Shown one piece after another: positions 1-12,247 of a stretch of 64,000 bases of DNA. Source of the stretch: Mobula hypostoma (taxonomy: Eukaryota). The stretch lies in NCBI RefSeq assembly GCF_963921235.1, contig NC_086108.1, positions 54,376,001 through 54,440,000 of the forward strand. Reading direction: 5' to 3'. The notes beneath the pieces are model-generated. The model saw nothing but the letters and a program-made list of their open reading frames with translations. It did not search any database and was not told the DNA's origin. The position numbers were made by a program, and so were the translations under genes. Every line of letters begins with the position of its first letter. The first letter of the stretch is position 1.

Positions 1-1134
1 TTTCAGAAGGCCTTTGACAAGGTGCCGCACATGAGGCTGCTTATCAAGTAAAGAGCCCATGGTATTACAGGAAAGTTGCCAACATGGTTAGAGCATTGGT
101 TGTTTGGTCGGAGACAGTGAGTGGGAATAAAAGGATCCTTTCCTGGTTGGCTACCAGTGACTAGTGGTGTTTGGTGTTGGGACTACTTTTTATGCTAAGT
201 TTGCAGATGATCTGAAGATTGGTAGAGGGACGGGTAGTGTTGAGGAAACAGGTAGGATGCAGAAGGACTTAGACAGATTAAGAGAATGGGCAAGAAAGTG
301 GCAAATGAAATACGATGTTGAAAAATGCATGGTCATGCACTTTGGTAAGAGAAAAAAATGTGCAGACTATTTTCTAACTGGGGAGAAAATCCAAAAATCT
401 GAGATGCAAAGGTACTTGGAAGACCTTGAACAGAGCACCCGGAAGGTGAATTTGCAGGTCGAGTTGGTGGTGAGGAAGGTAAATGCTATGTTAACATTCA
501 TTTCAAGAGGTCTAGAATACAAGAGCAAGGATATGATGCTGAGGCTTTATAAGGCACTGGTGAGGCCTCACCTTGAGTATTGTGAACAGTTTTGGACCCC
601 TCATCTTAGAAAAGATGTGCTGGCATTGGAGAGGGTCCAGAAGAGGTTCACAAGGATGATTTCAAGAATGAAAGGGTTATCATACAAGGAATGTTTGATG
701 GCTCTGGGTCTGTACTCGCTGGAACTCAGAAGGATGAGGAGGAATCTCATTGAAACTTTTTGAATGTTGAAAGGCATAGACAGAGTAGATATGGGAGAGG
801 ATGTTTCCCATGGTGGGAGAGACTTGGACAAGAAGGCACAGCCTCAGAATAGAGGGGAACCCTTTCAAAACAGAGATGCAGAGAAATTTCTTTAGCCAAA
901 GGGTGGTGAATTTGTGGAATTTGTTGCCACATGCAGCTGTGGAAACCAGGTTGTTGGGTGTATTTAAGGCAGAGATTGATAGGTTCTTGATTGGACGTGG
1001 CATCAAAGGTTACGGGGAGAAGGCCGGGAACTGGGGTTGAGGAAGAGAAAAAAAGAATCAGCCACAATTGAATGGCAGAGCAGACTTGATGGACCAGATG
1101 GTCTAATTCTGCTCCTATGTCTTATAGTCTTATG
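1..1134 (+). mobile_element. CR1 LINE, 3' part (RT C-terminus and 3' UTR), degenerate
   Basis: [43 protein letters not shown]; tail ctaattctgctcctatgtcttatagtcttatg. Confidence 0.95.
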
Positions 1135-2569
1135 AATTTATTTTCAAAGGGTTAAATGATGTTTGTTATTTTGCTTGTGTATATGTGTAAACAGTATACA
1201 CCTGCATTAGTTAACTTAATTATTCATAAAATGTGTGAAATAACATACTATTAAGAAAATTTTACATTAATTAGACTCAAACTCCTTACAACAATTGAGT
1301 TCCTGTTGAATGCTTTTGCTCATCTTTTTCTTAAATTTGTACTTTATGTGGCTTCTTGTTGCTTTCTGCAACTCTGGGGGCTTTTTGAATTGAACATCCA
1401 GCTCTTGGCACAACATATAATAATTTAGTTGTATCTATGGTTTTGCTTTTGGACTGAAGAATAACATGGAAACAGTGCAATGATGAATTATGGAGAAAAA
1501 TGTCTTTACAACAAGCATTTGACATGGAATGAAGCTACGAAAGGCTGGAGTTTAAGCGTTTGGCATTTCCAGTTTTTGATAATTGTTTGAAAACTTCTAC
1601 ACAACTTTTGACTAACTTTTAATTCCTTTTGAAATATTTTTGCTGTATAAAAATTTAAAGATTATACAGCTTGTCAATATACCTTTAAACAAGAAATTCA
1701 AATGTCAGGATCAGACCATCTTGTTGAGTGAGAGTGCTTTTTATTTTGGAACGTCTCTCAAAATCTTCTTATTCCTTAGAGTATACAATGCATCTGGTGC
1801 TTTAACTGCCTTAAATTTCCACATTAGATGGAGCAACACTTCAAAAAAATAGTGCACTTACCTTTAAAGTGACATTACCTGTGACAGGGCTGGAAAACCT
1901 GCCTTCTTCCATGGCTGTGTACTATTGAGAAAACTTAATGTGCAGAATCTATGTGCAGTATTCACAAACATGGGCATTTTTGCCTGCTGACTTTGATGCC
2001 ATTTCTCTAGAATTTACTACATGTTTTGTTCCACTGCCGGTTAACATTGGTTGCCATGTCCAAGGTTTTTTTAAAAATATTTTCTTGTTGATTGAAGGAA
2101 TATCAAAGAGATGGTAATTCACTGAACTGGATTTGTCCTCTTTTATGGACAGGGTGTATCTGGGAAGTTTTTTACTTTGTTGAGTGTCTAGTGATTTGAA
2201 GCTTAATTGGATCAGTTTGACAAAAGATACTATTGATTCTGGAGTACTAGTCTTCAGCACAACATCTAGAATGCTACAGGCCTTGGCTATCCACAGTCAC
2301 CAATGGTTATTCCTTGTAATCATGCGGTGGGAATCAAATTAACTGAAAACTTGCTTTTCTGATGTTGGCACATTAGCTGAATCCTGAAATGGTCATTCAC
2401 CCATCACTTGCTAAGTGCTCCACCATAATCAGGGATGAGGATGTTCACTAAACTTCCTCTTCCTGTTAGCTGACTAAACATCCACTGCCAATCACAACTG
2501 CTCTGATCCTTTTCTGTAGGCTGGCAAAACTTTATTAAAATCATGCTACTTCCAGTACGTCCATATAGA

Positions 2570-4301
2570 TATTAAGAAAGAGATGTTCTGGAGCTTTTGG
2601 AAAGCATCAAGTTGGATAAGTCACCGGGACTGGATGGGATGTACTCCAGGCTACTGTGGGAAGCGAGGGAGGAGATTGCTGAGCCTCTGGCAATGATCTT
2701 TGCATCATCAATGAGGACGGGAAAGGTTCCGGAGGATTGAAGGGTTGCAGATGTTCCCTTATTCAAGAAAGGGAGTAGGGATAGTCCAGTGAGTCTTACT
2801 TCAGTGGTTGGTAAGTTGATAGAGCAGATCCTGAGAGGCAGGATTTATGAACATTTGGAGAGACATAATATGATTAGGAATAGTCAGCATGGCTTTGTCA
2901 AAGGCGGGTCGTGCCTTACGAGCATGATTAAAATTTTTGGGGATGTGACTAAACACGTTGATGAAGGTAGAACCATAGATGTAGTGTATATGGATTTTAG
3001 CAAGGCATTTGATAAGGTACCCCATGCAAGGCTTATTGAGAAAGTAAGGAGGCATGAGATCCAAGGGGACATTGCTTTGTGGATCCAGAACTGGCTTGCC
3101 CACAGAAGGCACAGAGTGGTTGTAGACTGGTCATATTCTACATGGAGGCTGGTGACCAGTGGTGTGCCTCAGGGATCTGTTCTGGGACCCCTACTTTTTG
3201 TGATTTTTATAAATGACCTGGATGAGGAGTGGAGGGATGGGTTAGTAAATTTGCTGATGACACAGAGGTTGGGCGTGTTGTGGATAGTGTGGAGGGCTGT
3301 CAGAGGTTACAATGGGACATTGATAGGATGCAAAACTGGGCTGAGAAGTTGCAAATGGAGTTCAACCCAGATAAGTGTGAGGTGGTTCATTTTGGTAGGT
3401 CAAAAATAATGGTAGAATTTAGCATTAATGGTAAGACTCTTGGCAGTGTGGATGACCAGAGGGATCTTGGGGTCCGAATCCATAGGCCACTCAAAGCTGC
3501 TACACAGGTTGACTCTGTGGTTGAGAAGGCATTCGGTGCATTGGCCTTCATCAATCGTGGAATTGAGTTTAAGAGCCAAGAGGTAATGTTGCAGCTATAT
3601 AGGACCCTGGTCAGACCCCACTTGGAGTACTGTGCTCAATTCTGGTTGCCTCACTACAGGAAGGATGTGGAAACCATAGAAAGGGTGCAGAGGAGATTTA
3701 CAAGTTGGTTGCTTGGATTGGGGAGCATGTCTTATGAGAATAGGTTGAGCTTTCAAATCTCTTACTAGCTCTTCTTTCAGTTAGTCCTGACGAAGGGTCT
3801 CGGCCCAAAACGTCGACTGTACCTCTTCCTAGAGATGCTGCCTGGCCTGCTGCATTCACCAGCAACTTTTATGTGTGTTGTTGAGTGAACTCAGCCTTTT
3901 CTCCTTGGAGTGATGGAGGATGAGAGGTGACTTGATAGAGGTGTACAAGATAATGAGAGGCATTGATCATGTGGATAGTCAGAGGCTTTTTCCCAGGGCT
4001 GAAATGGCTAGCATGAGAGGGCACAGTTTTAAGGTGCTTGGAGGTAGGTACAGAGGAGTTGTCAGGGGTAAGTTTTTTTTACGGAGAGAGTGGTGAGTGT
4101 GTGGAATGGGCTGCTGGTGGCGGTGGTGGAGGCAGAAACGATAGGGTCTTTTAAGAGACTCCTGCCTACATGGAGCTTAGAAAAATAGAGGGCTATGGGT
4201 AAAGCCTAGGTAGTTCTAAGGTAGGAACATGTTCGACACGGCTTTGAGGGCTGAAGGGTCTGTATTGTGCTGTATGTTTTCTATGGTTCTACGTTTCTAT
4301 A
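2570..4301 (+). mobile_element. CR1 LINE (second subfamily), 5'-truncated, interrupted at 3750-3879
   Basis: [40 protein letters not shown]; (ttctatg)-like tail. Confidence 0.95.
3750..3879 (+). mobile_element. Short Penelope-like (family A) terminal-repeat fragment with hammerhead motif, nested in CR1
   Basis: Near-identical to 35214-35343; flanked by a GTTGAG duplication (3744-3749 / 3880-3885); the CR1 sequence resumes on the other side. Confidence 0.8.
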
Positions 4302-4557
4302 TAGCCTTAAGTGATTGACTGCACTTCTATTTCTGTGCTTAATAAGGGTTAATTCCCTAGTTTGAAGGCAATTAGCAGAGTGAATGAAAGCTTTTAGTGC
4401 CTTGTTGATGTCCATATTGTTTCTTTCAAAGAACAAGATGCGTGTCCTTGGCATGAAGCTGGGATTTTTATCTCCATAGCGACAGGGTGGTGGTCAATCT
4501 GAGTAACATTGTCATACACAATGTGTAGTAGTTTAGTGTGGATGATGTTGAATAGGT

Positions 4558-5294
4558 GAATAAACTCTTCTCAGGCTTCCAGTCGGGTACAGGTATCGAT
4601 TATAATCGACATTTCGATGACAAACTCTGCTATCTCGTCAGAGATAATGCCTGAGATAGTCCAGTGGTATTTATACCCTTGTAGTCCATCCCTCCTGAAT
4701 GGTTAGTCCTCATCCCATCAGATTTCCACTCTTTCACCTTGTTTACAATAGAATTCCAGTTCTTTCTTAGAGCGAAACCCTCGTCTTTGTTAGAATTCCT
4801 TTTCGCTAGTTTTATTTCAATGGCTTCCTTCACTAGGCAGTCCCAAAAGCCATTGCTGTGGCATTGTAGTTTTGTATATCGGCCAGACATGACGCATGGT
4901 GGAAACAAGGAGCACAGGAGGTGTATCCGTTTGGATTCCCCAGAGAAATTGGCGGTAGCAGAACATTGCATTCACAATAGCAATAGGATTGACTTCCGCA
5001 CAAAACAACTGTGCCGTGCCAATGGCTTTTGGGGTTGCCTGGTAAAGGAAGCCATTGAAATAAAACTAGAGGAAAAGAATTTTAGCAATGAAGGTCTCTA
5101 GTTAAGAACTGGCATTCAATTGTAAAAGAGGTGGGAGAGTGGAAATCTGATTGGTTAGTCCTCATCCAATCAGGAGGGAAGGACTATGAGGGCTATAAAT
5201 ACCACCAGATTAGTAATGCCCAGGCATCATCCATACATTTTCCCCAAGAAGAGTTATTCGTTATATAAGCCGGGAAAGCACAAGATCCTTTTTC
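4558..5294 (+). mobile_element. Penelope-like element (family B), 5'-truncated with inverted terminal repeat; GIY-YIG endonuclease remnant
   Basis: YIGQT*R at 4875-4895, then KEHRRCIR...AVAEHC...LVKEAIEIK; 4558-4874 is an inverted copy of the 3' part; 13-bp TSD atgttgaataggt (4545-4557 / 5295-5307). Confidence 0.9.
4600..4648 (-). ncRNA. Minimal hammerhead ribozyme motif in Penelope terminal repeat
   Basis: The minus strand reads CUGACGA-gauagcagaguuugucauc-GAAA-U-GUC: both conserved boxes with an imperfect stem II between them; stem I is weak. Confidence 0.65.
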
Positions 5295-7295
5295 ATGTTG
5301 AATAGGTATTTTTCCCCTCCCTATTGGCTTTCCCTATATGCTTCCAAATCCATGTAAGCTGCTATTTTGGGATTTGGCCAGGCCTTGCATGCTATCAAAT
5401 TTTTCATTCCTCAGGCTATATTCTATGTTATTATCTTCACTAATACTGCTTTATCAGAGGGAGTAATCAAACTTTACTTACCCATGTTTGGCGTGATGCC
5501 ATGAAACATGAATCCAAAGCCAATGTACAAAACCCCAGAGGCAACATTACTTGACCTTGACATCTGTCACCACCTTTTTGGCATTGGTGGAACTGGATGG
5601 TCTTGATTGAGGGGTCTTGACATTGGGTAAAAAAAAATACAAGCCTTAATGGCTGGTTTGCAGAACAGCTCTCTCGTTCTAATGGGGGGACTTCACGAGG
5701 TTATTTGGAGTACTATACCTTTTATATTTTACAAATTTTCTGTGGTTGACAGTCTGTTTTTATTTGAGTTTAATTGTAACTTGACAACTTCCCTTGGTTA
5801 TAAGGATCAGCCATATTGTTGAAGTCAAATTCTAAACAGAGATAAAGATTATATTTCCACACTAAAGTTATCAGTGAATTTGTAATAATCTAGTCCTTTC
5901 AAGATGGGTCTTCTAATGCAATCTGTGGAATAGAAAGGTAGCTTACTGTAGCTTTTGGAATTTAACTTTTAATTAAAACTTATTCTAGAAGTTGCCCTTT
6001 GATCTAAAAAAAACTGTGCCCCTCTAGACAAACACTGAAATGCAGTAGTCCAGCTTACCTGCTGCATTGAAACTTGTTTTCTATGAGACTTGTATTCTCC
6101 AGTTTGTGTTCCTGGATACCTTGAGTCTTGTGATCCAGGATTTTCACTTCTGCTGCTGCATTTACACAAATGCAACGTATTTTCGATGGTATTGATCACA
6201 ATAGCTTGCAGAATAACCATGTGCCTAATCTGGACACTTAATAAGTTCATGACATTATCAGTTGAATACAATTATTGTTAGTGAAGTAAATTTGGTTATT
6301 GGCTCTACCTGGCTCTTGAAACGATGGACAGACTTACCACAAACAGCAATTAAGTTGAATTAGACCACCATATGTGATTATGAACTCAAGTTTTGATTAA
6401 TTTGCTGCAATAACAAATCAAGGAAGAGACACTCTATTTTATTAACTATCAGCAAACAAGTCCTTTTCTGTTTGTCTTTTAGTAATTGAAGTAATCTTGC
6501 ATATTGATTGTGGATTTCCTTTAGGTTTTATAAACTTAGTTTCAATGCAAGACTGCAATGCTTTTAAACCAGCTGCTATTTAAACTACACCTTCCTTTCA
6601 TCTAGCCTTGTTTGTAAATTCCTCTCCAGTGCAAAGTGTAATTCTTGGGAGGGATTAAAGAGAACATAAAGCTGTTAAACCACAATGAAACTTGTGGCTA
6701 TAGCAATAGTGTTAAAATGCAGTGAAGTTCAGGAATTAAGGTATTTAAGAAATTGAGTGACATTGATAGATTCTCAGTTTGTTCAGTGCATTCCTTTCCC
6801 ATAGAAAAGACATCTCGCGACCACTTCTGCTGTGTGCTTTGATACCTGATGTATGCACAGAACTACTTGCAAGAGATGATAGAAACAATAGGGAATATCA
6901 TTTTGTTCTTAAATTTCAATGTGTTATATCCCAAAATGTTTGGATCAACTTTATATATATTTTAGCACTTAACAGTTTTTGGATTTTATTTAAACAAAGA
7001 AATTTACACAATTGTGTTTTGTACTCCAATCATAATATTGAAGTTGAATGTCAAATTACTTATTGAATTAAAAGTAGTTTAATGCACAAGACACTTGTTG
7101 TTAAATTGCCTTTTTGAAAAGAAAATAAGCACATCATTTGAAGAAGCTATGATACTCTTGAACACAAATGATATATGGCTAAAGGTGAATAAGTAATCAC
7201 CTGAACAAAGTTGTCATTCACATTTTCTACTTGGTTTGAAATGAATTGTTCTGTCATAAGTTTTTAAGTCTGCACCAGCGTGAAGTTGAAATATA

Positions 7296-7301
7296 TTTAT
7301 T
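7296..7301 (-). terminator. Probable JAK1 polyadenylation signal AATAAA (3' UTR about 0.9 kb)
   Basis: The minus strand reads tgtttatgttttatattttgtaatataacaatcAATAAAtatatttc, a U-rich stretch with TGTA upstream of the hexamer. No transcript data. Confidence 0.55.
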
Positions 7302-7607
7302 GATTGTTATATTACAAAATATAAAACATAAACATTAATGCAAAAGTTTTCCATTGCTATACTGAAGGCAATTTGCACATAGCAAGTGCTCACAATAACC
7401 ATGTGTTAATGATATTTTTTGTGAAGCAAATTTCATGACAGATGCCAGTGATATTAAATCTGATTCTGAGCCAACACTGAATACAAAGAGCACCTCAAAA
7501 CATTCACCAAATGTGATTAAGGTCCATTATTTTCTAATCCAAAAGATGGTCTTCACCAGAGTTCTTTTCCCACAATCTCTACTAAAATTGTGTGTGTACA
7601 AATCGTA

Positions 7608-7826
7608 GTCACAAGAGATTCTGGAAATCTTCAGCAACACACAAAATGCTGGAGGAACTTGGCAAATCAGGCAGCAGTGATGGAGGGATATAAACAGTTG
7701 ATGTTTTGGTTCAGGATGAACAGTTCACCCTTGCTGACGAAGGGCATCAGCTCAAAACGTCTGTTTATTTCCCTCCACAGATAATGCCTGACTTTGAGTT
7801 CCTCCAGCACTTTGTATGTGCTGCTG
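7608..7826. mobile_element. Palindromic non-autonomous Penelope-derived element inside the JAK1 3' UTR
   Basis: Arms cagcaacacacaaaatgctggaggaact (7632-7659) and agttcctccagcactttgtatgtgctgctg (7797-7826); CTGACGA...AAAACGTC at 7734-7761; related to 35033-35387. Confidence 0.75.
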
Positions 7827-8171
7827 TGTATAAATGAGATGTGCATTGGCAAACAAAGGATAATGGCCTCTTTTTCAGAAAATTACCTCAATCCTCTCGA
7901 ATAATATTTACAAAATTCATGGTTTGTTTAATATCTGTCATCTTTGCAAGGGAAATATAGACATTTCAATTGCATGGTTCAAAGAATAATTGAAGTTTTG
8001 GAAAATAGTAAATAACATTGATTAAAATTTTTTAAGGATACTGCTGCATTGTGCCTTCTAAAGTTCTCATTTAAGCACAGTATAGCAGTGCATTATTTAC
8101 ATTGGATTACCATAGATAGTTTAAACATAACAGTTGTATTACCCAGTTTAAAAAAAATACAGTCAGTCCTC

Positions 8172-8279
8172 TTAATCTGACATTTGTTGAAGCAAAGACT
8201 CAAATACATTCACAAGGTTTTCAAATGTGGTTCTGTTACTTGGACTGTGTTCCCAGCACTTCTTCATATGAGAATAAAT
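8172..8279 (-). CDS. JAK1: JAK1 last coding exon (~exon 25), 108 nt including TAA
   Basis: IYSHMKKCWEHSPSNRTTFENLVNVFESLLQQMSD*; acceptor ttgcag. Confidence 0.96.
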   Translation of the reverse strand: MYSHMKKCWEHSPSNRTTFENLVNVFESLLQQMSD

Positions 8280-8479
8280 CTGCAAATAAGTACAATAACA
8301 ATAAATTAAGAATTTTTCAGAGCCATGAGAAATTTGACCATTCTTAAAGTCAATGCTGCAGTTATGCATAATCATGGCTTGCATTTTGTGTAGTACAGAT
8401 TGAGCAGTCATTGTATTTATCTGATATCACATCTAATGTCCCTATTTAACTAAGTGGAAATATGAATTTTGATATTACT

Positions 8480-8580
8480 TAGTCATAGAAAAGTAGAGCA
8501 CAGAAACAGGCTCTTCAGCCCATGCTGAACCATTAAACTGCACTGGCACCACAGCCCTCCATACCCTTACCAAACTTCTT
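8480..8580 (-). mobile_element. CR1 3'-end fragment
   Basis: agtcatagaaaagtagagcacagaaacaggctcttcagcccat resembles other reversed CR1 tails in this window. Confidence 0.55.
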
Positions 8581-9393
8581 GTAGGTGTAATCATTGGGGA
8601 CACTAGTGGTATCTCTGTCTTCCCACATCCCCTAAGAGGAGCATTCCACTATCCTGGCTGCCATCTCTACTGTTCTGAGAAATTATAAAGGAAGAAAAAT
8701 GATAAACTGTGGGGAACAAAAAAAAATTCAACCTACAACTTATTTGCCTTCTCTGACTGGCCACTCCAACAATGGCTGCTTCACTTGTCTCTCTGCCTTA
8801 TTTTAATTTGTCCTTGTCAAGCAATCCCAAATGCTGACTGGCCACTGCTCAAAATACCAAACTGGCTCGAATGCTGCCCTTTCTACTCAATCTTGGACAA
8901 GCAATTGAGTTTTTGTACCCTGTTCTCAATTCTGATATATTGACAATTTTGCTGAGAAGTGGGATTGTGAGAAATATAGTAAGAGGCTTTGAGGTATCAA
9001 CAACTAAGTGGATGATCATATGACAAATAAACATTATCCAGAAAAATGTTAGCTTAGAACACCTTGCACGAAATAGAAAATTGGTATTTTTTTTTAAGTG
9101 ATTACATTTTAGAAGAGGAGACTTCCACATCACTGCAAGCTAACAAGGTGGTGTAGAATGAATTTAGAAATAAATATCCTACAAGCTTTAATTGCAATAA
9201 GATTTGAACATGGGATCTTAACAGATATTTAAACAGGACAGACTGCATTTCAAATACTGAAAACGCCAGTGTTACTAGGGGAAGGGAGTAACGTTGCTAT
9301 TCTAGAAAATGCAAGGATGAATTCTCATTGGCCAAAACATGATGTCTTGATACATTTTGAACACATTTACTCTCCTTCCCTAAAGATAGAATA

Positions 9394-10163
9394 CAAAGTG
9401 GATTCTGGATATTTGGGACAAATCTTAAACAAAAGCCAAGTGAGAAAATAGCCAGGATTACCTTCATTTATTTGGGACACTATGCCGCTTTATTCGGACA
9501 GCAGACTGTTGCCAGACAGTTTCTAACTAACTTCAGATACGTGTACTTATGTAGCCATTAGGCTACACCATGCTTACAGTGAATTGGTTTTTAAATAGCA
9601 TCAGTTGTATTTGCTTGTGTTCAAAAAGCAGCAATTTTTGTCACTGATAGATGGCAAGAAATAAGCTGCAAGACAATTCAGAACTCTTTTCATCCCTGAG
9701 GTTTCAAGTATTCAGGCTTGGAGGTGCCAGAAACAGCCGGGAGTGTAAGTGAAACAATTTAACTTCTTTAACCAGTCAGAGACCCAAGAAGAATTTGAAG
9801 GCATCAACAATAATCTTGAAAGTTACATGAAGATTTGGAGGATGCAATAGTCAAAAGCATTGGCTGAAGGCAGCCTTTTATTGGCAGTAGGTGTCTGCAC
9901 TGATTTTGTTCATTTACAGTCAAACAATAGGCAGTTATGTCTCCATCGATAATTATTAGGAACAAATACAGTTTATACTATTGATAGTGCTCTAATTTAT
10001 TCTGTATTTCATTTAAGTACACAATTTGTTACTCAGTTAAATGGTAGTTTGTCTTTTTTATACCTTTTTAACTATTTCCATGAACTTTGGCTAACTGGAG
10101 CAGCCACTTAATTGGGCCAAAATATACTGGTACTGATGTGTCCCAATTAACTGGAATCCACAG
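9394..10163 (+). mobile_element. Non-autonomous Tc1/mariner (pogo/Tigger-like) DNA transposon
   Basis: Imperfect terminal inverted repeats caaagtggattctggatatttgggaca / tgtcccaattaactggaatccacag, each flanked by TA; acidic coding-like remnant (EEFEGINNNLE...EDLEDAIV) inside. Confidence 0.7.
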
Positions 10164-10309
10164 TATTTGCCATATAATTACAGTGGAAATTCCCAAGGCT
10201 GATTCGAAGGATAACATGTTTGCCCAATTGAGTGGACTAGGCATTTAAAACTCAAAGGATAATTTCAAAGAGCTTATCTACAAAATTGTTACAGGAAATG
10301 AGAGATTTG

Positions 10310-10625
10310 ATAGAACATTATTTATTATGTAACTTGCAATAATTTTAATGTCTTGCATTGTACTGCTGTCTCAAAACAAATTCCATAACATATGTCAGTG
10401 ATAATAAGCCAGAAGACCAAGATAAATTTCTTTATTCTAAGGGTGATGAATCTTTGGAGTTCTCCACTCTGGAGGCCCAGTAATTGAGTTAATTAAAAAC
10501 AGATCAGTAGTTTTCTGTACAAGAGGGTTATGGTTACAATTCAGAAATATAGTGCTGAAGTAGTTCAGACAACATCTGGATGAATGGTTGAGCAGATTCA
10601 GGTTTTAAGTGTCTTATGTTCTATT
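10310..10625 (+). mobile_element. Adjacent degenerate Rex1-type tail and CR1 3' end
   Basis: ttgcattgtactgctg...atatgtcagtgataataa matches 20415-20470; agggtgatgaatctttggagttctc is the CR1 RVVNLWNS region. Confidence 0.55.
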
Positions 10626-11038
10626 TCTACTGCTGGAAATATGCCTCTATCCCAATCTTTCCCCTTTTCACTGCCCAACCCAAGGGTAGCAATGCTACTC
10701 ATGTTCAGTTTTGAACATGACATGTTTTTAAAGGAGGCCATTCTCCCCCTAATGCCATTAAGAAAGATCACAGCTGCTGTTATGTTTCAGTGCTGCTGGC
10801 CTAATAATTGGAGCAAGGCACTTCTGGTCTTTTACTTAATTCCTCTTGCAATGAAAGACTACATACTTCCCCTCCCAAGTATCTGCTTGTTAAGCTTTGG
10901 TGAATCCTTTAAGGACAATTCTGAAGAACATTCAAACTGAATAGTTTTTAAGTTATTTTTGATTAAATTCATGACGATAAGTTGAATTGTACTGTTGATC
11001 AGATGAGTGATAATATATACAATAATTGAGTATTATAC

Positions 11039-11149
11039 CTCCTCGGGGCAATGTGTTGGACAGGGCAAACGCTTGCCTTCTTCAAGTACACGCACAAGCC
11101 TTGTGACAGTCATCTGACCTTGAGTAGGACCAATCAATTTCAGGAACAT
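11039..11149 (-). CDS. JAK1: JAK1 exon (~exon 24), 111 nt
   Basis: [37 protein letters not shown]; acceptor tctcag, donor gtataa; follows an 88-nt intron. Confidence 0.97.
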
Positions 11150-11180
11150 CTGAGAAATGATCAAAAATTGTGCAATTTTA

Positions 11181-11414
<234 letters not shown>

Positions 11415-12247
11415 TTATAAACTTGCTTTCACTTTTAAATTGAATACTGGAGAGATCATTTTAAATTGGCATTCTTTATTGCTCAAAGTAAGAGATACAC
11501 GTAACATTGATCAGAATATTTTCCCACCCACCCTGTTTAGTACTCGGTATTTTGAGGGAAATTGTGTTGGGACACTGGTGTCTTCCTTTATTCCCCAATA
11601 TCCCAGTATATAGCTATGCACCCTTTTCTTCCAAATGCTACAATTTATTTGAACATTTGCAAAAATTTCTACTTCCTAAATGAAAGTTATTGATGTCCCA
11701 AATGGCACGAGACAGTAATTCTTTCTAGTCTTCTCCTTTTTTAGGATATCTTCAATGATGTATAATGAGAGACTTAGACTAGCAGCAGAGTTGATGAAGA
11801 TGCGAAGAATCCTACTGGAGCTGCATCCCTTGTATTAGAGAACTGTGGTAAACTCCCATTTATTTCACATGTGTGCCCAATTCGTCACATGGTGGCTGCA
11901 CAGTTTTCCTTAATTAAAGCTTCATGCTGCAACAACCTTGAGTTATATGGTAAGAATTTTTATTGTCTTGTATGCAGACTACTGCAGACTGCACGAAACA
12001 TATGGTAAACCATGGGAAAGTTGAACAAAACTTGCTTTTAATTAAGAAATGACAGGAGAAGGAGTGATAAATGGTGTCTCAGTAACGATAGATTCAACAG
12101 TGATTTAATTGTTAGTACTCATACACCAATGGCCTTGCATGAAATGCCTAGGCCTGGTACAGCAGATTTGCACATTGTTGGCATGACCAGTTGCTCTGGT
12201 TTCCTCCCAATTCAGGTAGGCTAATTTAACACATCATCACTTAGATC

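Noticed and set aside
1140..2560. Possible RAVER2 coding exon (ORF 1949-2260 and others)
   Set aside because: No RRM or RAVER-like peptide is recognisable; the ORFs look random.
164..3768. RT ORFs as a retron-like or domesticated reverse transcriptase system
   Set aside because: Frameshifted, truncated CR1 copies with standard tails; the family occurs many times in this window.
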